DNA from: an uncultured Desulfospira sp.
GTDB taxonomy: Bacteria; Desulfobacterota; Desulfobacteria; Desulfobacterales; Desulfobacteraceae
Direction of reading: 5' to 3'
DNA length: 64,000 bases
Assembly: GCA_963663165.1 (NCBI GenBank)
Contig: OY760175.1
Coordinates: forward strand, 4,096,001-4,160,000
Shown here: positions 1 through 8,807 of the stretch, piece by piece
Layout of the letters: each line of letters opens with the position of its first letter
Numbering within the stretch: the first letter of the stretch is position 1
Position numbers and translations under genes: made by a program
Notes under the pieces: model-generated
Database searches by the model: none
What the model saw: only the letters and a program-made list of their open reading frames with translations
What the model was told of the DNA's origin: nothing

Positions 1-1317
1 CTTTGCCTGGCTGGCACAGCAATGGCGGCAACAAATGCAGCGGATGTAACCACCATTGCCAAAGAGGCTTTTATTTACGCCTATCCCATGCTGTACAACT
101 ACAAAACCATGGCCGAACAGACCCAGGAATCGTTTTCATCAGCCTATATCGGGGGCTTTGGCCGTTTCAGGCATTATTCCAAAACCTATACCCCCGATGA
201 TACGGATATTGTGACCCCCAACAATGACACCCCCTATTCATGGGCCTGGCTTGATTTAAGAAGGGAGCCGTGGGTTTTAAAAGTTCCCGCACTGCCCAAA
301 GACCGGTACAATGTGTTCCAGTGGTTTGATCTGTATACCCACAACTTTGCCTATGTGGGGGTCCGCGCCACCGGTTATGAGGCCGGCACCTACCTTTTTG
401 CAGGACCCCACTGGGAAGGAACGGTGCCGGAAGGGATCACCAAAGTCTTCCGGTCTGAGAGCGATATCATCGGCACCCTGACCCGGACCGGCACCAACGG
501 GCCGGTCAGAGAACTGCAACAGCAGTACGGGCTTTTGCCCTTGAGCGAGTTTGCCGGCGGACGCCCGCCAATGCCTGCGCCGGCTGTCCACTGGCCGGTC
601 TGGAATGAAAAAACGGCCTTGTCCGCCAATTTTATTTCCTATCTTAACTTTCTGCTGGGGTTTACCAGGCCCCATGAATCGGAAAAAGTGCTGCTTTCCC
701 GCTTTGGGGCCATCGGCATCGGCCCGAACCGCCCCTTTAACCCGGCCGCCCTGTCCGAAGACACCCGCAACGCCATTGAAGAGGGGGTAAAACTAGGCTT
801 AAAAAAGCTTGAGGAAGAGGCTGCCAAACTCAAAGGGTCTTCCGGGCTTTTCGGAACCAGGGAATTTTTAAAAAATGATTACACCAAAAGGGCTTTGGGG
901 GCCATGGTCGGCATTTACGGCAATTCCCTGGAAGAGGCCTACTATGCCTCGCCAACCAGAGACAACAACGGCAATCCACTGGACGGCAACCACCAATATG
1001 AACTTCGGTTTGAAAAGGGGAACCTGCCCCCGGTCAAGCTTTTCTGGTCTTTTACCATGTACCGGCTTCCCGAACGGCTCCTGGCGGCCAATGAAATCAA
1101 CCGGTACTCCATCGGAGACCGAACCGATGGCCTTATAACAGCCAAAGACGGCTCATTGACCATCTATATTCAATCCACCCCGCCGGATGGCGACAAAAAG
1201 GCCAACTGGCTTCCTTCGCCAAAGGGGCCCTTTTCTATCATCGGCCGGTTTTACGGCCCGGACCCGTCCCTCATCGACGGCACGTATAAGATGCCGGTAC
1301 CCCGGCTTATCAAATAA
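1..1317 (+). CDS. DUF1254/DUF1214 domain protein, probably exported (5' end outside window)
   Basis: Motifs 'AYIYAYP'-like, 'VTPNNDTPYSWAWLDL' and 'FWSFTMY...NRYSIG...NWLP'; the frame is open from base 1 (LCLAGTAMA resembles the end of a signal peptide). Confidence 0.85.
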   Translation, partial: LCLAGTAMAATNAADVTTIAKEAFIYAYPMLYNYKTMAEQTQESFSSAYIGGFGRFRHYSKTYTPDDTDIVTPNNDTPYSWAWLDLRREPWVLKVPALPKDRYNVFQWFDLYTHNFAYVGVRATGYEAGTYLFAGPHWEGTVPEGITKVFRSESDIIGTLTRTGTNGPVRELQQQYGLLPLSEFAGGRPPMPAPAVHWPVWNEKTALSANFISYLNFLLGFTRPHESEKVLLSRFGAIGIGPNRPFNPAALSEDTRNAIEEGVKLGLKKLEEEAAKLKGSSGLFGTREFLKNDYTKRALGAMVGIYGNSLEEAYYASPTRDNNGNPLDGNHQYELRFEKGNLPPVKLFWSFTMYRLPERLLAANEINRYSIGDRTDGLITAKDGSLTIYIQSTPPDGDKKANWLPSPKGPFSIIGRFYGPDPSLIDGTYKMPVPRLIK

Positions 1318-1425
1318 CGGTCATACCCTTAATGAAACTGAAGATGCCGGCAACGGCAGGCTATAAATTGGGCACCACAGGTGCTTCGCCCTCTTGTCTC
1401 TTGTTTCTTGTCTCCAGTTTCTTAT

Positions 1426-1460
1426 AAAAAACGCCCCGGACAGCCGCAGCCGCCCGGGGC
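1426..1460 (-). terminator. Probable intrinsic terminator of the flagellin gene
   Basis: GCCCCGG (1433-1439)/CCGGGGC (1454-1460) stem followed by a T6 run on the minus strand, just after the stop at 1483. Confidence 0.6.
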
Positions 1461-1482
1461 TCTTAGTTATGTCACGGCCTGA

Positions 1483-3870
1483 TTACTGAAGCAGGGTTGT
1501 GATGTTTTCAGTGGATGCATTGGCCTGGGCAAGGGCATAGGAACTGGTCTGCGCCAGGAGTGACAGTTTAGCATAAGTGGCCGTTTCCTCGGCAAAGTCC
1601 ACATCTCTCAAAGTCGATTCAGAGGCCTGGACATTGGTCTTGGTTACGGTCATGTTTGAAATGGAAGAGGAAAGCTGGTTCTGTACCGACCCCAGAGAAC
1701 TCCGGGTGGCGTCCAGATCTGCCAGGGCAGCCTCTGCAATCTCAATGGCAATGGTGGCATCCGCCTGGGTCAGAACGCTCAGGTCCGCCAGGGTCAGGCT
1801 CTCCTGGCCGGAAATGGTGACGCTTCCCTCGTCGGTATCAATGACCAGCTCCGAACCGGCGGCAATGACACTTTTAGCCTCCAGGGTCATATCATCGGAC
1901 AAGGTAACATTATTTGAGAGGGTAACATCCTCTGTAATTTCAGAACCGGCGGTGATGGTAAAGTCAGATCCGCCGTTGATGTTGACCACCATATCCTGCT
2001 GTACCGTGGTTCCGCTCTCCAGTACGGTTCCCTTTGCCAGGGTGGTCCCGGCGGCAAGGTCCATATCCTCAGACAGGGTGGTCTGGGTAACATTAACCGT
2101 GCCCTCAATGGCCGAATCCTCCGCCAGTGTCGAAGCCGACATGATGGTTGAGCCCACTGCCACGTCCATATCTTCCGTGGTAATGAGGTTGGCGTTGAGT
2201 GTGGTGGTGTCCCCAAGGGTGGAACCGGCTGTCAGGGTTGATCCGGTAAAAATGGTTGACCCGTCCTCAAGGGTCATCTCTTCAGCCATGGTAACGTCAT
2301 CACTGATGGTGAAGTCCGCCCCGAGTTCCGTACCGGCGGCCAGAATGGAACCGGTGGCAATGGTGGTGTCATCGGACAGGGTCATGTCCGAGGTGACAAT
2401 CAGATCATTGGACAAGGAGACATCGGCCGTCAGGGTGCTTCCGGCGTCATAGGACTGAGAACCGCTTGTAAAGCTGACCGTGAGTACGGTGCCGGCACCA
2501 AGGGTTGTTCCGGAATTAAGGGTTGAACCGGCCGTAACCGTCATCTCCTCATCCAGGGCTGTGGCGGCCTTGCCGACTTCAATGTCCCCTGTAATGGTCG
2601 TTCCTTCGGACAGTACGGAACCGCTTTTCAAAATAGAGCCGGCCGCAAGCTCATAATCGCCCTCTGTGTCGGTTATCTTATCAACCGTGGCCGTCCCCCC
2701 AAGAACCGTGTCCGCCGTTAGAACCGTATCCGTGACCAGGGTGGATTCGTCGGCCACTGTGGTGGTGTCGGCGGTGATCATCTTGGCATTCAAGACGATT
2801 TTGTCCTCTGTCCCCCCCGAGGTGGTGGTGCTGATGTTAAAGCTGCTGGAACCTTCCTGGGTCAGGGTGATATACCCGATGGTGGACAGATCTTCAGCTG
2901 ACTGGTCACCAAAAACGTCACCGGTGTCGCCGGTAACATAAATGGCCCGGCCGTCTTCCGAGGTGAGGGTCAGGGTGCCATTGTCTTCAATGGCGGCAGA
3001 CACGCCGGTTTCCGTGGTCTTGTCATTGATGGCCGTGACCAGGGCCGCATCGGAATCGTTGTCTTCCACGTTGATGGCGCCGATGACCACACCGTTAATG
3101 GAAAAGTCGGATCCGGTGCTCCCTTCCTGAATGGCTTCTTCGGTGGTGCTTTCCACCACGGCCGTGGCGCTGATGCCGGTCAGATAGGTCACGGAGTTGA
3201 TCTCGTCGGCCAGGGCGCCCATACCGTTTTCGGCATCGTTGTTTTGCAAAATTTCAATGGTTTCCAGTTCCACTTCCTCCCCGTCAATGGCCGAGGTAAT
3301 GGTCAGGGCCACGACACCACCTTCTTCGTCGTCCAGCTCCAGGGTAGCTGTTGAAATGTGGCCGGTCTGGGTGGACTCACAAGAGCCGACGCTGATGGTA
3401 GCGGTATCGTCGGAAGTGGAGCCGGTCTGAATGGTCTTATTGGTAAAGGCACCGTTCAGGAGCTGCTGCCCGTTGTAGGACGTGGTTTTGGCAATGGTAT
3501 CCAGTTCCTCCAGCAGCTTATCGATATCCTCCTGGATGGCAGAGCGGGTATCGGTTGTCTGGGTGTCGGAAGCCGCCTGGATGGCCTTTGTCTTAATGGT
3601 ATTCACAATGCTGATAGACTCTTCCAAGGCACCGTCGGCTGTCTGGACGATAGAAACGCCGTCATTGGCGTTCTGGATGCCCTGCCCGAGTCCCAGATAC
3701 TGGGACTTGAGAGAGTCGGCAATGGTCATACCGGATGCATCATCGGCTGCCCTGTTGATTCTCAGACCCGTGGACAGCCTTTCAAGAGATGAAGACATCG
3801 CGGTATCGTTGCTGAGCATGTTCCGATGGGCGGTCAGTGCGGCTACATTGGTGTTAATACTTAATGACAT
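1483..3870 (-). CDS. fliC: Flagellin (795 aa) with a large repetitive central insertion
   Basis: N-terminal SINTNVAAL...LERLSTGLRINRAADDASG and C-terminal RSSLGSVQNQL...RDVDFAEE...LAQAN; RBS AGGAGG before the ATG at 3870. Confidence 0.95.
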   Translation of the reverse strand: MSLSINTNVAALTAHRNMLSNDTAMSSSLERLSTGLRINRAADDASGMTIADSLKSQYLGLGQGIQNANDGVSIVQTADGALEESISIVNTIKTKAIQAASDTQTTDTRSAIQEDIDKLLEELDTIAKTTSYNGQQLLNGAFTNKTIQTGSTSDDTATISVGSCESTQTGHISTATLELDDEEGGVVALTITSAIDGEEVELETIEILQNNDAENGMGALADEINSVTYLTGISATAVVESTTEEAIQEGSTGSDFSINGVVIGAINVEDNDSDAALVTAINDKTTETGVSAAIEDNGTLTLTSEDGRAIYVTGDTGDVFGDQSAEDLSTIGYITLTQEGSSSFNISTTTSGGTEDKIVLNAKMITADTTTVADESTLVTDTVLTADTVLGGTATVDKITDTEGDYELAAGSILKSGSVLSEGTTITGDIEVGKAATALDEEMTVTAGSTLNSGTTLGAGTVLTVSFTSGSQSYDAGSTLTADVSLSNDLIVTSDMTLSDDTTIATGSILAAGTELGADFTISDDVTMAEEMTLEDGSTIFTGSTLTAGSTLGDTTTLNANLITTEDMDVAVGSTIMSASTLAEDSAIEGTVNVTQTTLSEDMDLAAGTTLAKGTVLESGTTVQQDMVVNINGGSDFTITAGSEITEDVTLSNNVTLSDDMTLEAKSVIAAGSELVIDTDEGSVTISGQESLTLADLSVLTQADATIAIEIAEAALADLDATRSSLGSVQNQLSSSISNMTVTKTNVQASESTLRDVDFAEETATYAKLSLLAQTSSYALAQANASTENITTLLQ

Positions 3871-4007
3871 GTGTTTCCTCCTTGATAAAGTTAAGGGTGG
3901 CGGCATCAGTGCCTGCTCACCTTGTGGCACACCGGGTATACATGGTGTGCGCCTGGGCTTGGTTTCGGCGGGGGCCAGCCGCCCGGATCAATCCGCTGTT
4001 AGCTTTC

Positions 4008-4036
4008 GTATCGCAAGAAAACTAGTGGACCTTTAG
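4008..4036 (-). promoter_or_regulatory. Putative sigma-28 (FliA) promoter for flagellin
   Basis: Minus strand reads CTAAAGG...TGCGATAC, similar to TAAA-N15/16-GCCGATAA, ~140 bp upstream of the start; GGA motifs in the leader could be CsrA sites. Confidence 0.55.
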
Positions 4037-4267
4037 GAGTTAAAACGCGCCGTTATCCCTCCCACAGAAAAAGTCTCAACAGATTGGTTTTTGAATGTTA
4101 TTTAACGAAACTGACGAGGGTTAAGTTTTTCTAGAAAACAATCAAGTGAGATTTATCGTCAAAATAATTTTTGGTTTTTTCAAGAAATCAACATAGGGCT
4201 TGGCCGGGAGCCGGTGTTTGGACGCAGACGGGTGGCTTTGTGAGCTGAGGCTCCTCTATCGAGCCGT

Positions 4268-5206
4268 TCAAACACCAAAACCAGCGGCACGGATTTGTGG
4301 CTTCTGCCTGAAACTGTTGGGAAAATGGGTATAATGGAGTTCCAAAGCCTCCCAGGGGGTTTTTTGCTTTAATGCCCCTAAAGGAAACCGGGTGTTGTAC
4401 CGGGAAATGTATTTTTTAAACTCGTCATTGGAAGACCAGGGCAGTTCCCATCCCGTTGTTTTTCCTTTGGCCCTAAGGCCGGCAAGAGACTGGGCAAGTT
4501 TGCTGACAGCCTTGGGATACGGGATGTCCATATGAAACGCAGAAAGCCTGAATGACCGGCACAGATGTTCAACGGCAAAGGTGTGTTGCTGAGCATCAGC
4601 ATTCTCCAATGTCAGGTCAATGGGGTCTGTGTAAATGATCCCCAATACCCTTAACGGAAGGGACTGAACCTGCTGTGACAAAAAATCGGTTACAGAGTCT
4701 GAAAAACCGGCATGAAAGGTTTTAAAGGTGCAGTCCAGAAGGGTATGAAAAAGAACAGGCTCTCCTTTTTCAAAAAAAGAGGGCAGTTGAAAGCAGTTAT
4801 AGCAAAGATAGGACCCGGCGTAATCAGACAGGTCTACCGGGACAGCATGCTTCAGGGAGGGCAGCCGGGAAATGGCATACCGTTTCAGGCACCGGTTCAG
4901 GCTGGCCCTTGAGCAGTTAATATCCAGAAAAGACTGGGCCATGCGGTGCAAATCATCAAGCCCTGCCCGTGTGGACAGGCGGCACAGGACAATCTTGATT
5001 TCTTCCATGGGGGCCAGGGCGGTGGTGACTTTTTTGGGGGCATGAGACCGGTCAAATACTTCGGTACGGTTCCGCCACCTTCTGATGGTGGTTTTGCTTA
5101 CCCCGGTCATTTCTGCCAGAGCGGCGGTACTCAGGTTGGGATTGCTCTGGATAAAAGCCCGCTGGGCCGGTGTGGTGGTCGCGTTTTTATGGAGATGTAT
5201 TTTCAT
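4268..5206 (-). CDS. IS481-family transposase-derived HTH protein with degenerate DDE core
   Basis: N-terminal LHKNATTTP...GVSKTTIRRWR...LDDL...SRASLNRCLKRYAISRLP and C-terminal YN...ALKQKTPWEAL match IS481 transposases; RBS AGGTG before the ATG at 5206. Confidence 0.7.
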   Translation of the reverse strand: MKIHLHKNATTTPAQRAFIQSNPNLSTAALAEMTGVSKTTIRRWRNRTEVFDRSHAPKKVTTALAPMEEIKIVLCRLSTRAGLDDLHRMAQSFLDINCSRASLNRCLKRYAISRLPSLKHAVPVDLSDYAGSYLCYNCFQLPSFFEKGEPVLFHTLLDCTFKTFHAGFSDSVTDFLSQQVQSLPLRVLGIIYTDPIDLTLENADAQQHTFAVEHLCRSFRLSAFHMDIPYPKAVSKLAQSLAGLRAKGKTTGWELPWSSNDEFKKYISRYNTRFPLGALKQKTPWEALELHYTHFPNSFRQKPQIRAAGFGV

Positions 5207-5355
5207 TGTGTCACCTGATGTCTCTTTTTGTTTCCCGGCCTTTGGCATTTCCTTCAAATAAAAAAATCACCAAAACACCGCTTTCCTGTCATTATCAGGG
5301 CACAAACCATACCTAAGATTAAAACATAATAATTTCAGTTTGTTACAATCCACAC

Positions 5356-5432
5356 TTTTGCTATGGAGTAATTTATATTATCCTATAGAGTAAGTTTTGG
5401 TTAAGTTACCCCATAGGGTAAAAATAGGGTAA
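5356..5432. promoter_or_regulatory. Cluster of ATRGRGTAA half-sites / 16-bp palindromic operators
   Basis: ATRGRGTAA at 5363, 5385, 5413 and 5424; palindromes TTATCCTATAGAGTAA (5378-5393) and TTACCCCATAGGGTAA (5406-5421). Confidence 0.55.
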
Positions 5433-5611
5433 AATTACAGCGGTAAACAAATTAGCGCGGGTTTTTGCAACGTTGTCCGTTATTCTATATTGAGGGGAAT
5501 CCAGAACGGCCACGGACCGTCCGAATTCCCGCGCAATGATCTGCTTAAAACAACTATTATGTTTTAATACAGACGGTTAGTTGAGTGCTTTATGCAAACA
5601 AGGAGGTAAAA

Positions 5612-6028
5612 ATGGAATGCAAGGACGCATTAAAGGCCATGGGGGCCTGGATGGACAACGAACTTTCCAAAGAAGAATCCACTGTTCTAAAACAGCATAT
5701 TTCCCAATGCGCGGAATGTGCTGCTGAAGCAGAAAATTTACAGGAACTGATAGCCGCCTTAAACCGGATTTGCCCTGAAGATCCTCCCCATGGGCTGATG
5801 GAAAAAACCCTTTACCGGTATGAGCAGGCCATAACACCCCGGGCAAAAGAGACATGGCAGGGACAAACCGGATGGATCAGAAAAATAGGGCTTGCGGCCG
5901 GAAGCATGGCCGGCTTGTGGGCCGGGTCTATGCTGGGAATGCGGCTGGTGTCTGCCCAGACGTTCTCTCCCCTGGACCTTATGGCAGCCCTTTGTTTTTC
6001 AGGAGGTCTGGCATCATTATGGGCATAG
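5612..6028 (+). CDS. Zinc-finger (zf-HC2) anti-sigma factor, membrane anchored
   Basis: MEC...WMDNEL...HISQCAEC (HxxxCxxC) followed by a TM helix; RBS AGGAGG. Confidence 0.85.
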   Translation: MECKDALKAMGAWMDNELSKEESTVLKQHISQCAECAAEAENLQELIAALNRICPEDPPHGLMEKTLYRYEQAITPRAKETWQGQTGWIRKIGLAAGSMAGLWAGSMLGMRLVSAQTFSPLDLMAALCFSGGLASLWA

Positions 6029-6507
6029 CACCGTTGAAAAAAGGACTCTGGTTCCTGCTGGCCTTCTCCGTTGCCCTGAATATCGGGTTCATTATCACGG
6101 TAACGACCCACAAAAGCCCCGGTCCCATGGGATTTCCGAAAAAAGCCCCGCTGCCGCCGTTCTTGCCCGGGATCCCGGCTTTAGAACAGATGGGCCTGCC
6201 CCATGATGTCAGAACAAAAGCAACTGAGGCCATCCACCGGCTGGTAGACGCCCATGGCCAAATGATGTCCCAGATCTGGCTTAAAGAGGATAAACTGCTG
6301 GAGTTAATTGGCCGGCCAGGCCCCCTGGATAAAAACAGCCTTGAAACAAACAGCCGTGAAATCGTTCAGATTCTGGATCGGAACATCCGTGATAAAGCGG
6401 AATATTTTATCGAAATCAGAAACCTGATCGGGCCTGAAAAAAGTGAATATTTTTTTTCCAAAGTGCGTGAACAGTTTAAACAGGGCATGATGAGAGAAAG
6501 GCATTAA
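6019..6507 (+). CDS. Periplasmic heavy-metal sensor / Spy-CpxP-like helical protein
   Basis: N-terminal TM with 'SVALNIG' motif and a helical body; lies between anti-sigma and ECF sigma genes. Confidence 0.65.
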   Translation: MGIAPLKKGLWFLLAFSVALNIGFIITVTTHKSPGPMGFPKKAPLPPFLPGIPALEQMGLPHDVRTKATEAIHRLVDAHGQMMSQIWLKEDKLLELIGRPGPLDKNSLETNSREIVQILDRNIRDKAEYFIEIRNLIGPEKSEYFFSKVREQFKQGMMRERH

Positions 6508-6509
6508 GC

Positions 6510-7055
6510 TTGGATCTTTCCCGCTCCTATAAACAAAAAACCGACGTTGACCTGATCAGCCGCATCCATAAGGGGGATAAAAAGGCCTTTAAAGAAATTC
6601 TGGTCCGGTACCAGAGCGGGGTATACGGATTTGCCTTTTCCCTTTTAAGCGACCCCCATGAAGCCGAGGACATTTCCCAGGAAGTTTTTTTAAGGCTTTA
6701 CCGAAAGGCCCGGTCCTACCGGGCCTACACCTCCCTGCGCACCTATCTGTTCCATATCACCCGAAACCTGTGCATTGACCATTTGCGCAAAAAACGCCCG
6801 GAAACCATGCCTGACCCGCCTGAGCCAATCTGTGCCCGGACCCCTTACAGCCATCTGTGTGACTCGGAACTCAGAAGAAAGATTGACGGGTTGATCTCAA
6901 GCCTGCCCGAAAACCAGGGAACGGCCATCTACCTTCGCCATGTCCAGGGAATGAACTACCAGGAAATTGCCCAGACCTTAGGAGTGACCGTCCGGGCTGT
7001 TGAATCCCTTCTCAGCCGGGCCAGGCGAACTTTTCGCAGTCGGTTCAGGTCTTAG
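6510..7055 (+). CDS. ECF-type RNA polymerase sigma factor
   Basis: Region 2 'AEDISQEVFLRLY...YLFHITRNLCIDHLRK', region 4 'YQEIAQTLG...VESLLSRAR'; TTG start. Confidence 0.92.
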   Translation: MDLSRSYKQKTDVDLISRIHKGDKKAFKEILVRYQSGVYGFAFSLLSDPHEAEDISQEVFLRLYRKARSYRAYTSLRTYLFHITRNLCIDHLRKKRPETMPDPPEPICARTPYSHLCDSELRRKIDGLISSLPENQGTAIYLRHVQGMNYQEIAQTLGVTVRAVESLLSRARRTFRSRFRS

Positions 7056-7229
7056 AAGCACAACCCTTTCTAACATACTGTTTTCGAAACATATATTAAT
7101 CAAATTTTCTTTCCCGGCGCAAATGAATTTCGCTAAATGTGAACTAAATGACATCATTTTTATAGAAGGTTTTTCCCAATTTAACCGTTATTTTATATAG
7201 AAAAGCCGGATGCGATAGCGGTTTTGTTT

Positions 7230-7279
7230 TTTTTGCAAGGACACTCATGGCTGATTTTTGCAAGGACACTCATGGCTGA
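7230..7279 (+). repeat. Perfect 25-bp tandem duplication covering RBS and start codon
   Basis: TTTTTGCAAGGACACTCATGGCTGA at 7230-7254 and 7255-7279. Confidence 0.95.
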
Positions 7280-8345
7280 CAGGAAATTAGAAGACATAGC
7301 GGTAATCGGGGCCAACCACGGGCTTTCAACGGTGTTGAAACAGGTGGGGCAGGTCGCCCGGCTGGACACCTCTGTTCTGCTGTTAGGGGAAACCGGCGTC
7401 GGCAAAGGCCTGATAGCCGCCCTGATTCACAACATGTCTTTGAGGATCCAAGGCCCTTTTATCACCGTTAACTGCGGCGCCATCCCGGATACCCTCCTGG
7501 ACAGTGAGCTTTTCGGCCATGAAAAAGGCGCCTTTACCGGTGCCGTTTTAAAAAAACAGGGCCGGTTTGAACGGGCCAATAATGGAACCCTGTTCCTGGA
7601 TGAAATCGCGGAACTGCCCCTTTCCGCCCAGGTCCGGCTGCTCAATGTCCTTCAAAACCGGGAAATTGAACGTGTGGGCGGCAGTTCTTTTGTTTCCCTG
7701 AATATACGGGTCATTTCCGCCACCAACAAAGACCTGGAATCCATGGTGGGTTCGGGCAGGTTTAGAAAAGATCTCTGGTTTCGCCTCAATGTGTTTCCCA
7801 TTCAAATTCCGCCCTTGCGCCACCGAAAAGAGGATATCCCGGATCTGACCAGCCATTTTATCCGGAAGACCGCAGAAAAACTGAAACTGGACCCCATCCC
7901 CCGGATCGGCCAGAATGCCCTTGAACAGCTAATGGCTTACCACTGGCCGGGAAATGTCCGGGAACTTGAAAACATGGTGGAACGGGCCATGATCTGCTGC
8001 AAATGGGGCCAGCTGGACTTTACCGGCATCCTGCCCCAGTTCGTCCCAATTCCGGGGACCCCGGTGGATGACGAGTCTATGGCCTTTTACAACCGGATTG
8101 CCGCCGTGCATGACATTTCCCAGGTGGTGGCTGTCGGCGCCGGACCTGAAAAATCCTTTCTGAGCCTGAACCAGGTAAACCGGATCCATATTTCCAATGC
8201 CCTTGCCTCAGCCAAAGGAAAAATAAACGGACCGGGAGGCGCGGCCCAGCTTCTGCAAATCCACCCCAACACCCTTCGAAAACGGATGGACCGGCTCGGC
8301 ATTCAGTACGGAAAAAAACGGGCCCGGTCCATGAGCCGGTCCTGA
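7272..8345 (+). CDS. Sigma-54-dependent transcriptional activator (AAA+ and Fis-type HTH, no N-terminal sensor)
   Basis: Walker [37 protein letters not shown] and C-terminal GAAQLL.IHPNTLR. Confidence 0.92.
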   Translation: MADRKLEDIAVIGANHGLSTVLKQVGQVARLDTSVLLLGETGVGKGLIAALIHNMSLRIQGPFITVNCGAIPDTLLDSELFGHEKGAFTGAVLKKQGRFERANNGTLFLDEIAELPLSAQVRLLNVLQNREIERVGGSSFVSLNIRVISATNKDLESMVGSGRFRKDLWFRLNVFPIQIPPLRHRKEDIPDLTSHFIRKTAEKLKLDPIPRIGQNALEQLMAYHWPGNVRELENMVERAMICCKWGQLDFTGILPQFVPIPGTPVDDESMAFYNRIAAVHDISQVVAVGAGPEKSFLSLNQVNRIHISNALASAKGKINGPGGAAQLLQIHPNTLRKRMDRLGIQYGKKRARSMSRS

Positions 8346-8410
8346 TAATCCCCCCTTTTACAAGGTCTTCCAAAAAAAATCAGGTGTGGGATTAAAGTTA
8401 ATCAATAAAA

Positions 8411-8801
8411 TGGGCTTGGGATATGGGACTTGGGGATTGCAGCGTCCGTGGCCTCCCCAAGTCCCAAGCCGGTAGTTAGCATGGCCCCGTTTGATTTACC
8501 CCTCACAAACAACATGTTATATGGACAATGGTGGGCAACGCTTTAAAAAAATTCTCGCAAAGGCGCAACGGCGCAAAGCTTAACTTCCCTTGGGCAAATA
8601 GTATTCTTTGCGCCTTAGCGCCTTTGCGTGAGAATATAAAAAAAGAGGGCGAAGCCCTCAATTTTAGGATGACAGAGTAAGGAGAAAAGCATTCCATACA
8701 TTGAGAACCTCTTGCTACCCCACATCCCAAGTCTCAACAATATACATTATATTCCCTACCATCAAAATCAACATCGCCTGCCGGCAGGTTACATGCCCCT
8801 G
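8411..8801 (+). mobile_element. Degenerate, interrupted copy of the heptamer-containing ISAs1-type MITE
   Basis: 8411-8468 and ~8719-8801 match the internal and right parts of the 12533-12755 element; right end TTACATGC-CCCTG; ~250 bp insert in the middle; left TIR not recognisable. Confidence 0.65.
8552..8634. repeat. Octamer-repeat (CGCAAAGG) inverted repeat / REP-like hairpin
   Basis: TTCTCGCAAAGGCGCAACGGCGCAAAG ... CTTTGCGCCTTAGCGCCTTTGCGTGAGAA. Confidence 0.8.
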
Positions 8802-8807
8802 TCGTCC

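Noticed and set aside
1577..3792. Long + strand ORFs (291, 144 aa and others) opposite the flagellin
   Set aside because: Antisense shadows of a codon-biased gene; no RBS or recognisable motifs.
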